Shown piece after piece: positions 1-11,136 of a DNA stretch of 64,000 bases. Each line of letters opens with the position of its first letter. Position 1 is the first letter of the stretch. Made by a program: the position numbers and the translations under genes. The notes beneath the pieces were generated by a model. The model worked only from the letters and a program-made list of their open reading frames with translations. It was not told the origin of the DNA and did no database searches. This DNA is from Octopus vulgaris (taxonomy: Eukaryota): contig OX597821.1 in NCBI GenBank assembly GCA_951406725.2, positions 83,390,001-83,454,000 of the forward strand. Reading direction: 5' to 3'.

Positions 1-640
1 AACCCCTTGGTCTAGGAAAACTGACCCCATGATCTTGCAATCATGAGTGAAACAACCTAAGCACCAAGCCATGCAACGGTTTCCCCAGAGTTTCCATCAA
101 CCAAATTCACTGACAAAGCATTATTTGGCTAGGAGCTATAGTAGAAGACACTTGCCCAAGGTACTGCACAATAGGACTGAACCTGAAACCATGTGGTTGC
201 AAAGCAAGCTTCTTAACCACACAACTAAACCTTGTTTACTTGGCAGGATAAACAAAAATACAATAAGTTTCTCTTAAATTTGTATAATTTAAGAAGCAGT
301 AATACAGGTGAGAAGGGAAATTGGAAAGGTGTGCTAAGGTTGAACTAAGAATAAGTGGGCTGGTTTAGCAGAGAAACTGGTAGAGGTCAGGACCAAGTTG
401 ACAAGGGACAGTAAGTAAACTTGGATGTTTGGTTCAGAAGCTCACTTTGGATGACATCTGTGACATGGCTGGTACGCATGGGCAACTGCTGGTCTTCCGT
501 AAACAACTTTGCCCAGACTTGTACCTCAGAGGGTAACTTCCTAGGTGCAATGCCATGGCCGAAGGAGGTGTTTACCCTTTTACTATAACCCCAGGCCCCC
601 AATCTCTGTGAGTGAGTTTGGTAGACAGAAACTGTGCAGA

Positions 641-871
641 AAGCGGTGAGCTGGCAGAAACGCTAGCACGCCGGGCGAAATGCGTAGCTGTATTTCGTCT
701 GCCGCTACGTTCTGAGTTCAAATCCCGCCGAGGTCGACTTTGCCTTTCATCCTTTCAGGGTTGATTAAATAAGTACCAGTTACGCACTGGAGTCGATATA
801 ATCGACTTAATCCTTTTTATCTACCCTTGTTTGTCCCCTGTGTGTAGCCCCTAGTGGGCAGTAAAGAAATA
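641..871 (+). mobile_element. tRNA-derived SINE family B, inserted in a family A SINE remnant
   Basis: Head gcggtgagctggcagaa..gttcaaatcc; core gcctttcatcctttcaggg..aagtaccag; flanked by agaaactgtgcagaaa / agaaactctgcagaaa, a TSD with one mismatch. Confidence 0.85.
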
Positions 872-1241
872 AGAAACTCTGCAGAAACCCACAGTGTGTG
901 TGTGTATAAGTTTTTGAGTATGTATTTATTCCCCCACCACTTGACGACCAGTGTTGGTTTGTTTACATCTCCATAACTTAGTGGTTTGACTAAAATGACA
1001 AATGGAATAAGAACCAGATTTAAAAAAAAAAAAGGTAATGGGGTCGATTTGTTTGACAAAAATCCTTCAGGCGTTGACTCAGCATAATTGCAGTCCAATT
1101 ATTGAAACAAGCAAAAGATACATGATAACTCATCAAGTTTGCTCTAATGATAAATGTGTCATTATTTGGATAACAAATCTAATTAAAATAATTACACTGA
1201 CAATGGTAGCTGCAAATAGAGAAAACAACAACAACAACAGT

Positions 1242-1437
1242 GGAGGCGCAATGGCCCAGTGGTTAGGGCAGCAGACTCTCGGTCATAAGAATGTGGTTTC
1301 GATTCCCAGACCTGGTATTGTGAGTGTTTATTGAGCAAAAACACCTAAGTTCCATGAGGCTCCAGCAGTGGAGGGAGGGGGTGAACCCCGCTGTACTCTT
1401 TCACCACAATTTTCTCTCACTCTTTCTTCCTACTTCT
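1242..1437 (+). mobile_element. tRNA-derived SINE family C, 5' part
   Basis: A box tggcccagtgg and B-like ttcgattcc; matches copy at 6189. Confidence 0.8.
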
Positions 1438-1786
1438 GTCACAAAGCAGAAGAACCATGGTGTAAACCCCCCCCCCCTATGGTGTGGTAAACTTTCAGAC
1501 CCTTGTCTAGATTGTGAATCCTCTCTACCTCAGGATGGTTCAGCTCTCCTCCCGGTAAAAGCCACCGTTTACGGAATAAGGATAACAACGTAGCTTTCGT
1601 ACCCGTGCAACCACCAATCTATCGCGTGTGGTGGGTGGATGTTCAAGTTGCCACACGCATTCTTAGTAGCTTAGAGTAGGCTCGAATTGGAGATTATTCT
1701 TTGTGGCAAATGGCATGAGTCCTGATTGGAAGGAGGAGGTGGAGGAAGAAGGAGAAGGAGGAGAAGACGACGACAACAACAATAAT

Positions 1787-2212
1787 GAGGTTTCAAATTT
1801 AGGCACAAGGCAATCAAGTTCGGGCGAGGGGTTAAGTTCAGTGTTCAACTAGTCCTTTATTTACCGACCCCAATAGGATGAAAGGCAAAGACGACCTCGG
1901 TGGAATTTGAACTCAGAATGCAAGGATGGATAAAATGTGGCTACATTCTGCCTCAAATGCTAACCATTCTGCAAGCCCGCTGCCTTAATGATAATCATTT
2001 CTATTATAGACACAAGGCCTGAAATGTGGGGGACGTGGGGGGAGGGTAGTCGATTATATCGACCCCGGTGTCTCACTGGTACTCATTTATCGACCCTGAA
2101 AGGATGAAACGCAAAGTTAACCTCGGTGGAATTTGAACTCAGAATGTAGCAGCAGGTGAAATACCTATAAGCATTTCGTCCAGCATAATAACGATTCTGC
2201 CATCTCACTGCC

Positions 2213-2268
<56 letters not shown>

Positions 2269-2480
2269 CCTTTCTACTATAGGCACAAGGCCTGAAATTC
2301 TGAGGGTGGGGAATTAGTTGATTACATCAACCTGTATTTCACTGGTACTTAATTTATCGACCTCAAAAGGATGAAAGGCAAAGTCGACCTCTGTGGAATT
2401 TGAACTCAGAATGTTGCAGCAGACGAAATACTGCTAAGCATTTCACCTGGCATACTAATGGTTCTGCCAGGTCACCACCA
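1787..2480 (-). mobile_element. Three tandem family B SINE copies separated by (TAA)n tracts
   Basis: Three repeats of ggcacaagg..aaaggatgaaaggcaaagtcgacctcgg..ggaatttgaactcagaa..ctgcc at about 1787-1986, 1996-2214 and 2267-2480. Confidence 0.85.
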
Positions 2481-3109
2481 CCACAACAATAGATGATGAT
2501 GATGATGAGGAGGAGGAGGAGGCGGAGGATGACAATGACGATGATGATGAATGCCCTGATGCAGTACCAGGCAGTGGCTCTCATGGCTTCTGATCTTAAC
2601 TGATTGGAAGTGTTATCATGTACATTGTTTTGTCTTGGTATAAAAGATGGGCTACAGCAAATATTCTGCTCAATACCACAGATTTGCTTGTCAGTTGTTT
2701 GACCGTAACCAGTTGAGCATGTCCCTTAGTGGCTGACGATATGTGCATCTCTGACCACAAGCAGAAGTAGTGGGGGAACATCATAGCCATGTGTTGAGAA
2801 GGATTCTTAGAGGTTTGGATAATTCACCCTTGGAAACACGGGTGTTTTGTTCAACATCCTTAAACAATCCTTATTCAGGGACCTTTTGAGCGGGATGGGC
2901 TACTCAACCTGAAGAAAATTCTAACTGGGCCCCCACCTGCAAGGTCCTGTGCTGTTTATCTTGATATGAGATCACCATGTCGCGCACATATGGTTGTGAT
3001 GCATGTGCCTAGTGTACCCTTATCAGACGGGTAGTCACAATGGGTATACTGGGCTTCGTATATTTTACCCCAGTGTCACTTTGATGGCATGCACTGCTCT
3101 CTCACTCAA

Positions 3110-3141
<32 letters not shown>

Positions 3142-3160
3142 ACAACAACAACAACAACAA

Positions 3161-3374
3161 TGGTTTCAAATTCTGACACAAGGCCAATGATTTCAAGGGA
3201 ATGGTAAGTCAATTATATCAAACCCAGTGTTCAACTGACACTTATTTTAAAAACTCCAAAATGATGAAAGGCTAAGTCAATCTTGGCGGAATTTGAATTT
3301 AGAACATAAAGACAGACAATATGCAACCAAACACTTTGCTCAGCATGCTAACGATTCTGCCAGCACACCACCTT
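3161..3374 (-). mobile_element. Family B SINE copy
   Basis: Same consensus, bounded by (CAA)n and (TAA)n. Confidence 0.8.
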
Positions 3375-3381
3375 AAAATAA

Positions 3382-3416
<35 letters not shown>

Positions 3417-3443
3417 TAATAGTAGTAGTAGTAGTAGTAGTAC

Positions 3444-3499
<56 letters not shown>

Positions 3500-3506
3500 A
3501 TAATAA
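3375..3506 (+). repeat. Compound (TAA)n(TAG)n microsatellite
   Basis: Directly visible. Confidence 0.95.
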
Positions 3507-3930
3507 TTAGGAAGCCAGACATAGTCTTAATTGAGAAGAATATGAAGCTGGACATAGTCTTAATTGAGAAAGAAAACAAACTATGCTGGATCATAGATAT
3601 AGCATGCCCAGCTGACAACAAGGTATGTGATAAGGAAGAAAGAAAAGTCGAGAAATATGACAGGTTAGCTTGGGAGGTTAAGCAGTTGTGGTCGATGAAA
3701 AAGGTAGCAGTAGTACCAATAGCTGTCAGAGCCCTGGGAACAGTGAGCAAAAACTTGGAACAAATAGGGGCTGCAATAAGGGTGGAGCACTTGCAGAAAA
3801 CAGCACTGCTTGGAACCACTCGAATACTCCGGAAAGTACTTGGAAAATAAGAGGTGTTACCTCAGTTCACTGGTAGTGAACCACTGACACTGTAATACAT
3901 CTCCAGGGTTTGAAGCTATGCAAAAGCAAT
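3507..3930 (+). mobile_element. 5'-truncated non-LTR retrotransposon 3' end with restriction-like endonuclease (R4/Dong-like)
   Basis: RKPDIVLIEK..CWIIDIACP..KEERKVEKY..LAWEVKQLW..VVPIAVRALG..LQKTALLGTTRILRKVL is the PD..D RLE C-terminus; stop at 3850; short 3' UTR; internal duplication of gacatagtcttaattgagaa. Confidence 0.85.
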
Positions 3931-4085
3931 AATAACAACAACAACAGGAACAGCAACAGCAACAACAACAATAGTAATGCCCTTGCTATTCTTGGCCTCC
4001 GGAGGATGCCCGGTACTAAAACAGTTGAAATAAAGTTATAATGAAAGGAAATCATAGATGGTGGTGGTGGCAGCGGCGGTGGTAG

Positions 4086-4301
4086 TGGTTTAAAATTTTG
4101 CCACAAGGGCAGCAATTTTGGGGGAAGGGGATGAGTCAATTACATCGACCCCTGTGTTCAACTGGTACTTATTTTATCAACCTCAAAAGGATGAAAGGTA
4201 AAAGCAACCTTGGTGGAATCTGATTTCAGATTGTAGCAATGGGTGAAATACCAGAAAGCATTTCATTCAGTGCACTAACGATTCTGCCAGCTCCCCACCT
4301 T
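4086..4301 (-). mobile_element. Family B SINE copy
   Basis: Same consensus, followed by (TAA)n to 4351. Confidence 0.8.
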
Positions 4302-4304
4302 AAC

Positions 4305-4351
<47 letters not shown>

Positions 4352-4512
4352 GGATTTCTTTATTAACCACAGGGGTTTACATGACGAAAAACATTATGGA
4401 CAGCACAGGACAAAACAAAGAGTGTATGTGTGCATGTGTGTGAGTATGTGTAGTTGCGAGGGTTTTGCATGTAAACAGGATTAATAAAGTTAACAACAAA
4501 TGAGGACCTTAC

Positions 4513-4585
4513 TGTCATCCAAATTTTGGTCAACATTGGCTTTCACAACAAAGCGATTCTGGGCTTTTGATTCTGTGAAATCAAC
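4513..4585 (-). CDS. MSH5: MSH5 coding exon 11 of 11 (73 nt); gene continues beyond window start
   Basis: T-rich tract ending ttcag|...|gtaagg; VDFTESKAQNRFVVKANVDQNLDD vs human [24 protein letters not shown]. Confidence 0.95.
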
Positions 4586-4915
4586 CTGAAAAAAAAAGAA
4601 GCAAATCACTTTTGAATTTTCACATTGGATGGTATTACATGGCAATCTGTTTTGCTTATGCGAAATATGCGGAGAATGTGATGGTGGTTTGAATGATGAT
4701 GGATGAAGATGTGATGCCGCTTACGTTGCCAACATTGAAATTACTGTGAGATTAAGAAACAGAACCGCTGACCATATATTGTCGTAAGTTCAAAATCACA
4801 CTGCAATTATTGTATTGAATCTCTCTGATCAAGGTAGATAACTCCACTCATACATCACAGTTGAGTGGTCAGCGGTAGAAAAGAAAAGGATCAGACATGG
4901 TTAGATGCCTTAGAA

Positions 4916-5311
4916 CAGTGCTTTTCAAACTTTTTGCTGGAGTGGAAACATTCCACTGGCTCGAGGAACCCCTGTGTCTTATGCATACATATCTACACAG
5001 GAGAATTAAAAATTACTGCCGATTTTAGCAGTTTTGTAACTTCTTGCGGACCCCCTAGACCAGGGGTGGGCAAACTACGGCCCGCGGCCCGCCGAGAGCT
5101 TTTATGAATCCCAACTTCTATGCAGATACTTCGTAACTGTTTCAGTTGTACGGTAATTCACAATAGTTTTCACTTGATTTTTATAAATGAGGCCCGCTAA
5201 GGTTCCAAAAACGCACTGTGCGGCCCACGATCAAAAAAGTTTGCCCACCCCTGCCCTAGACTGTACTGGCAGAACCCTAAGGTTCCGTGGAACCCTGGTT
5301 GAAAACCACTG
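4916..5311. mobile_element. hAT (Charlie-like) MITE, outer element
   Basis: TIRs cagtgcttttcaa / ttgaaaaccactg; perfect 8-bp TSD ccttagaa at 4908-4915 and 5312-5319. Confidence 0.9.
5061..5253. mobile_element. hAT MITE, inner nested element (193 bp)
   Basis: Perfect 16-bp TIRs caggggtgggcaaact / agtttgcccacccctg; perfect 8-bp TSD ccctagac at 5053-5060 and 5254-5261. Confidence 0.93.
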
Positions 5312-5645
5312 CCTTAGAAGCTTGCTTTGCAATTGGATGGTTATGAGTTCAGTTTCACTGTATAGCATCTTGGAGAAGTGTTTTCTATTATAGCCGATGG
5401 TTAATGAACATCTTCTGAATGAATCTGGTAGATGGAAACTGAGTGGAAGTCAGTCACATGTGTGTGTGTGTGTGTGTGTTTCCATCACCATCCTTATCGT
5501 TCTCAGAAATAAAGAATGATAGAATAAGTACCAGACTTAGAAAAAGAAAACGGTAATAATTGTGTTGATCCCTTATAGTAAAACCCATCAAGGCAACGCC
5601 CCAGCATGGCTGCAGTCCAATGACTGAAACAAGTAAAAGGTAAAA
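5312..5645 (+). mobile_element. Family A SINE, old copy whose head is interrupted by the MITEs
   Basis: agaagcttgc..gttcag..ggtagatggaaactga..agaataagtacc..ccagcatggctgcagtccaatgactgaaacaagtaaaag. Confidence 0.75.
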
Positions 5646-6188
5646 GCCCAACGCACACTCACTCACACACACACACTCACTCACTCACACACACAAACAC
5701 ACTCACTTAGACACACACACACACTCACACACACGCACACACACTCACACACACACACTCACTCACACACACACACACACACATACACACACATACACAC
5801 ACACAAAAGCAATGGGAATATAAATGATAGGTCTGGGATAAAATAAAACAGCCATAGTGGGGTTGAACCCCTCTATCCCTCCTTACTAGACTACAAAAAA
5901 CCACCAAGAGAATATGGTGCTTATTATAGACTGAACCAGACAGAATAATTGATCATGGATTAACAGTACTTTTCAATAGTAGTAAGGTATATTTTTCAGT
6001 GAAAAAAATAAGTAATTTTGAGAAAAAGTATCAATATCGACCGCAATGATAACCATAGCAACAGAAATCAGATTATAGCACTTAAAACAATAACAATATT
6101 GATTATTGATATAACAACAACATTGACAAGTATTACAATCATAATAACAACAGCAACAAGCCAGTGGCAGCAGTGATAATAACATATC

Positions 6189-6575
6189 GGAGGCGCAATG
6201 GCCCAGTGGTTAAGGCAGCGGACTCGCGGTCATAAGATCACGGTTTCGATTCCCAGACCGGGCGTTGTGAGTGTTTATTGAGTGAAAACACCTAAAAAGC
6301 TCCACGAGGCTCCGGCAGGGATGGTGGTGATCCCTGCTGTACTCTTTCACCACAACTTTCTCTCACTCTTACTTCCTGTTTCTGTTGTACCTGTATTTCA
6401 AGGGGCCGGCCTTGTCACTCTCTGTGTCACGCTGAATATCCCCGAGAACTACGTTAAGGGTACACGTGTCTGTGGAGTGCTCAGCCACTTACACGTTAAT
6501 TTTACAAGCAGGCTGTTCTGTTGATTCGGATCAACCGGAACCCTCATCGTCGTAACCGACGGAGTGCTTCCATCC
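6189..6575 (+). mobile_element. Family C SINE, full length and young
   Basis: tRNA-like head ggaggcgcaatggcccagtggttaaggcagcgg..ggtttcgattccc; 11-bp TSD aataacatatc at 6178-6188 and 6576-6586; CpGs retained. Confidence 0.9.
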
Positions 6576-6623
6576 AATAACATATCAAAGATTGCAGGGT
6601 CAAATTAAAAAAAATAAACTTAC

Positions 6624-6680
6624 TATTTTGTTAATCAAAGAAGCAATTCTGTAAAGATCTTCTGTGAATGTGGAACTTAT
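6624..6680 (-). CDS. MSH5: MSH5 coding exon 10 of 11 (57 nt)
   Basis: tgtgtttcag|...|gtaagt; ISSTFTEDLYRIASLINKI vs human IAQEFSDDLHHIASLIGKV. Confidence 0.93.
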
Positions 6681-7524
6681 CTGAAACACACAACAACATA
6701 TTTTAGGATATAACATCTAAAACACACATTATTTACAATACATTCTATATCTATATAGTACAAACTAGTCTATTTGCTGTATAGAAGAGAGGAGTTTCTA
6801 GCAGCACAGACCAGTTTCTGCAAAGTGCACACTATTTCCTATACACTATAGTCTAAATTCTATATAATATAAACTAGTTTCAATACAGTATAGTCTTATT
6901 TTGAAATATTGTAGCAGCTGTATAGTACAATCTAACTCTTTCACAAATCTGAAGGAACCACAGGACAGATACCTATCTCTAGGTTTTGATGAGAGACAAA
7001 TTTCCCCTGGATAGGAAAGAGACTTCTGTATCATAGATTCACAGGAGGAATTGATTCTACTATAGCAAGCTAACAGATTACTTATGAATTCCATAGAGCT
7101 GCCATTATTAATTGGAGTGAGCTTTACCATCCATGAGTGGACTTGGCCAGTAGAAGCTAAAAGACCACCATCTGAGTACCTAATTAAGCAACACTCAATC
7201 AACTGACTGACAATGGTCTTCTGCAGTATAATCTAGTGTCTTATATACTTGTAGAATAGTTCTTGCACCCTGACCCTCAATTTAGTGTCAAGATGTTTCC
7301 ATTTTGTTTTGTTCTTTAAAACATATAAATGCACTCTGCTGGGTGGTTGGTGTTAGAAAGGGCATCCAGCCATATAAGTCTGGTGCAGACTCCTGCCTGG
7401 CTGGCTTCTGTCAAACTGTCCAACCATGCCAGCATGGAAGGTGGACGTTAAACAATGAGGAAGCTGATGAAAATGATCCTTTTACTGATCAAAACGAAAG
7501 GTGTTCTTCCATCAGGCCACATAC

Positions 7525-8358
7525 ATTTTCGAAAAATTTTTGGGTAAAATTTTTGGTGAAAATTTTCGAAAAATTTTTGGGTAAAATTATCGGTGAAAAT
7601 TTTCTAAAAATTTTTGGGTAAAATTTTCAGTGAAAATTTTCTAAAAATTTTTTGGTATAATTTTCGGAAAATTTTTGTGTAAAATTTTCTGAAAATTTTT
7701 GGTGAAAATTTTCTAAAAATTTTTGGGTAAAATTTTCTAAAAATTTTTGGGTAAAATTTTCGGTGAAAATTTTCTAAAAATTTTTGGGTAAAATTTTCAG
7801 TGAAAATTTTCTAAAAATTTTTGCTGAAAATTTTCTAAAAATTTTTTGGTATAATTTTCTGAAAATTTTTGGTGAAAATTTTCTAAAAATTTTTGGGTAA
7901 AATTTTCGGTGAAAATTTTCTAAAAATTTTTGGGTAAAATTTTCAGTGAAAATTTTCTAAAAATTTTTGCTGAAAATTTTCTAAAAATTTTTTGGTATAA
8001 TTTTCTGAAAATTTTTGGTGAAAATTTTCTAAAAATTTTGGGGTAAAATTTTCTAAAAGATTTTGGGGAGAATTTTCGGCAAAAATTTTTGGGTAAAATT
8101 TTCGAAAAAATTTTGGGTAAAACTTTCGGTGAAAATTCTCGAAAAATTTTTGGTGAAAACTTTCGAAAAATTTTTGGGTAAAATTTTCGGTGAAAACTTT
8201 CAAAAAATTTTCGGCAAAAATTTTCTAAAGATTTTTGGGTAAAATTTTCAGTGAAAATTTTCGGCAAAAATTTTCTAAAAACTTTTGGTGAAAATTTTCT
8301 AAAAATTTTCTAAAAATTTTTGGGTAAAATTTTCTAAAAGATTTTGGGTAAAATTTTC
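7525..8358. repeat. Palindromic AAAATTTT-core minisatellite, about 12-bp units
   Basis: Roughly 65-70 units such as gaaaattttct, aaaaatttttgggt, aaaattttcggt; internal 146-bp duplication. Confidence 0.95.
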
Positions 8359-8603
8359 ATCATCATCATCATCATTTAGCGTCCGCTTTCCATGCTAGCA
8401 TGGGTTGGACGGTTCAACTGGGGTCTGTGAAGCTGGAAGGCTTCGTCAGGCCCAGTCAGATCTGGCAGTGTTTCTACGGCTGGATGCCCTTCCTAACGCC
8501 AACAACTCCGTGAGTGTAGTGGGTGCTGTTTGCGTGCCACCCGCACAGGTGCCAGACAGAGCTGGCAAACGGCCACGAATGGATGGTGCTTTTACGTGTC
8601 ACC
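8359..8603 (-). mobile_element. RTE-type 3' UTR fragment with (TGA)n tail
   Basis: (cat)n-ttagcgtccgctttccatgctagcatgggttggacgg..ggatgcccttcctaacgccaac; same as the 3' UTR of the RTE at 14175-15268. Confidence 0.8.
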
Positions 8604-9424
8604 AAAACTTACTGTTAACAAAAGTCAGGATGCGTGGCATTCAGTTATTCCATAAATAAAAAATGCATGAAATGATACCGAATGTTCATGTAGAACAGAC
8701 ACAAGAAGCCTAATACTGCATCAGTTATCGACCGAAATATGCTACTACCTTAAACGATAAAACTAGGAACTTCGAATATCGGCGGCACTTGCAAGATTTG
8801 CGGAGAATTAGGGCTAAGGCAAATAAAATAATACAGGTTGGACGTACAAAATTAAACAACAGTAATTTAAAACGATAGACGAATTTCTATCGTCTGCTTT
8901 TGTGCCACTGGATGCCCAGCGTGCTGGCCTACCTTCTTCTTTCTTCTCAGTTCTGTTCTTTATATCTATTTGAGGATTTCTCCCAGCCGTTAATCGATCA
9001 TTCTCATGTTTGGCCCCAAGGCTATGTTTATTTATTCATTGGTTGCGTCTATCGTTTCAAATTACTGCTGTTAACTTTTGTCTATTTCACGTATCCAGTG
9101 GATGCAATAACCAGTAATGTCCAACCACGTTTCGACGTTTCAACTAAAGAGATTTCATGGTCTTTCAAATGAAGATGTGTGCAAGAGTGTTTTTGTAGGT
9201 GGCCTGTACCTCATATACATGGTCTTTGGGAATCTTCTTATCTGGTATACATACTTCTGGTATGTGTGTGTGTGCGTGCATGCGTATGTATGTATGTATG
9301 TATATAAATGATCAGAAACACAAACTCTCAGCTCACTCTTCAATATGTATATTCAAATTTGTTGGTAGAATAAGAGTATTTGAATACTGAATACAATATT
9401 GTTGAGATATTATAAAATGCTTAC

Positions 9425-9496
9425 CTTTTTAAAGACAGAAATTTGTTGGTCTTGTGCTTTACAGATGTCTGCTAAGTAAATTGCATGGTATACTGT
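9425..9496 (-). CDS. MSH5: MSH5 coding exon 9 of 11 (72 nt)
   Basis: tctcttgacag|...|gtaagc; TVYHAIYLADICKAQDQQISVFKK vs human [24 protein letters not shown]. Confidence 0.93.
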
Positions 9497-10471
9497 CTGT
9501 CAAGAGAGAATATATTTTTTGTCAAGCATAAGAATAATTTATTTTGCTGTTATCAAGGTGCAGGTGCAAAAACAAGGTATATTTAAAAGAGAATTAAAAG
9601 TAAATATCTGGTAGCGACTAAAACTATGTCGCCTAGTTGATGTTGTGTACCATTGTCCTTTGTTAGTTACAAAGGATCTCACAGGCCAGTGCGAAAGATC
9701 TAAATATCAACAAAAGAGCCTCTACATTGTCAAACAACTTTCAATAAATAGCAGCTAAATCTCAAATTCCATTCCTACTGTCTTAAAAAAAAAATACTCA
9801 TAAATATGGTGCTCCAGCATGGCTGCAGCTGTGTGGCTGAAAAGCACAAAAGAAACAAAAGTACAAAAATACAGGATGGTGATGGCTTTTAATCATAGTT
9901 GTGCTTAATTGGAGTTGACATGGAAAGCAGAGGCAACAAGATTCAGCAGTCAGTATAAGCCATGTGAACTCCCATCCTACTTAATAGCAGCCTATTTTTA
10001 CTTCCTTAGACATTTTATTTATAGAAAACTCTTAAGTTTCATTCATCAATTGAACCTGTTTCTGTCATTTCTTAAGTCTTAAATAGGTGGCCTTTAACAA
10101 CTTGGACCATTGCAGGAATGTATATACAATTTCCTGTGGGTGTATGTGTATGTGTGTGTGTATGTGTGTGCATGTGTATACACACGTGTCAAGCAGTGCT
10201 GTCATCATCATAGCATTCACCTCTCTGTATTTGTTGCATCATTGCAAGGATTAGACAATTTCATTGAGGTAGATTTTCCCATGGTTGGATGCCTTTCTTG
10301 TGGCTAACCCTCTTTCCAAGGCCAGGCATGTTTTCAAAAAAGATAGAAAACGAATGACATGGTTTGTATGACAGTCATGATTAGTTGTAACCATTACGAT
10401 TGCATAAACACAAACATATACATATATCTACAGCTGTTAATTTGTCCATATATACATATATATATATATAA

Positions 10472-10657
10472 ATTCCTTTCTACTCTAGGCAAAGGGCCCA
10501 AAATGTTTGGGGAGGGGGCCAGTCGATTAGATCAACCCCGATAGGATGAAAAGCAAAGTCAAACTTGACAGAATTTGAACTCAGAACCTAAAGACTGATG
10601 AAATACCACTAAGCATTTTGCCCGGTGTGCTAATGCTTCTGCCACCTTGCCACCTTA
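10472..10657 (-). mobile_element. Family B SINE copy
   Basis: Matches family B consensus. Confidence 0.75.
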
Positions 10658-10789
10658 TACAATATATAAATTGAAACAAAGAAATATTTTTAATATTCAG
10701 GATATTAATAAAAAAATTTAAACATCACATCCAGTACTTTGTATGTAATATAATGAGACATTTTTAGATTGAATTTCAGAATATTCATA

Positions 10790-11136
10790 ATATTCCACCA
10801 ATCAACAAAAAGGCTGGCCAGGCAGCAAAAACCCTGCGAGAGTCAAGTCTGTTGGTTCGAGGAGCACAACTATTCAACTCCATTCCGGTACATGTCAGAA
10901 ATCTATCAGGATGCAGTGTGGAATCATTCAAATTGCAGCTGGATAGATACTTAAGCACCATTAGAGATGAACCCCATCTCCCAGGATATACACAACGAGC
11001 ACAAACTGACTCAAACTCGCTCCTACACATGTCAAAATTAAACAGAGAATACAACCTGGCAACCACACCAGACTCTGAGGGTGGAGTCTTCGACTTGGCC
11101 TGAGCATGGACTCAAACTCAAATGAAATGAAATGAA
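10790..11136 (+). mobile_element. LINE 3' end (CR1/L2-related clade)
   Basis: RGAQLFNSIPVHVRNLSGCSVESFKLQLDRYLSTIRDEP..SNSL resembles the conserved ORF2 C-terminus of this group; (AAATG)n tail at about 11120-11136. Confidence 0.75.

Noticed and set aside
1-4512. Downstream MSH5 exon (LP.FLT motif)
   Set aside because: Region is almost entirely repeats; no matching exon seen.
4693-4771. Box C/D snoRNA (ATGATGA...CTGA)
   Set aside because: Antisense to the host gene, weak terminal stem and no recognisable rRNA guide.
6189-6262. Functional tRNA genes (also near 1242, 13842, 44465)
   Set aside because: A and B boxes are present, but each continues into a repeated SINE body or TSD-bounded element and lacks a clean acceptor stem.
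7525-8358. CRISPR-like array or KIF-repeat protein
   Set aside because: No unique spacers, no cas genes, eukaryotic intron; the ORFs are repeat read-through.
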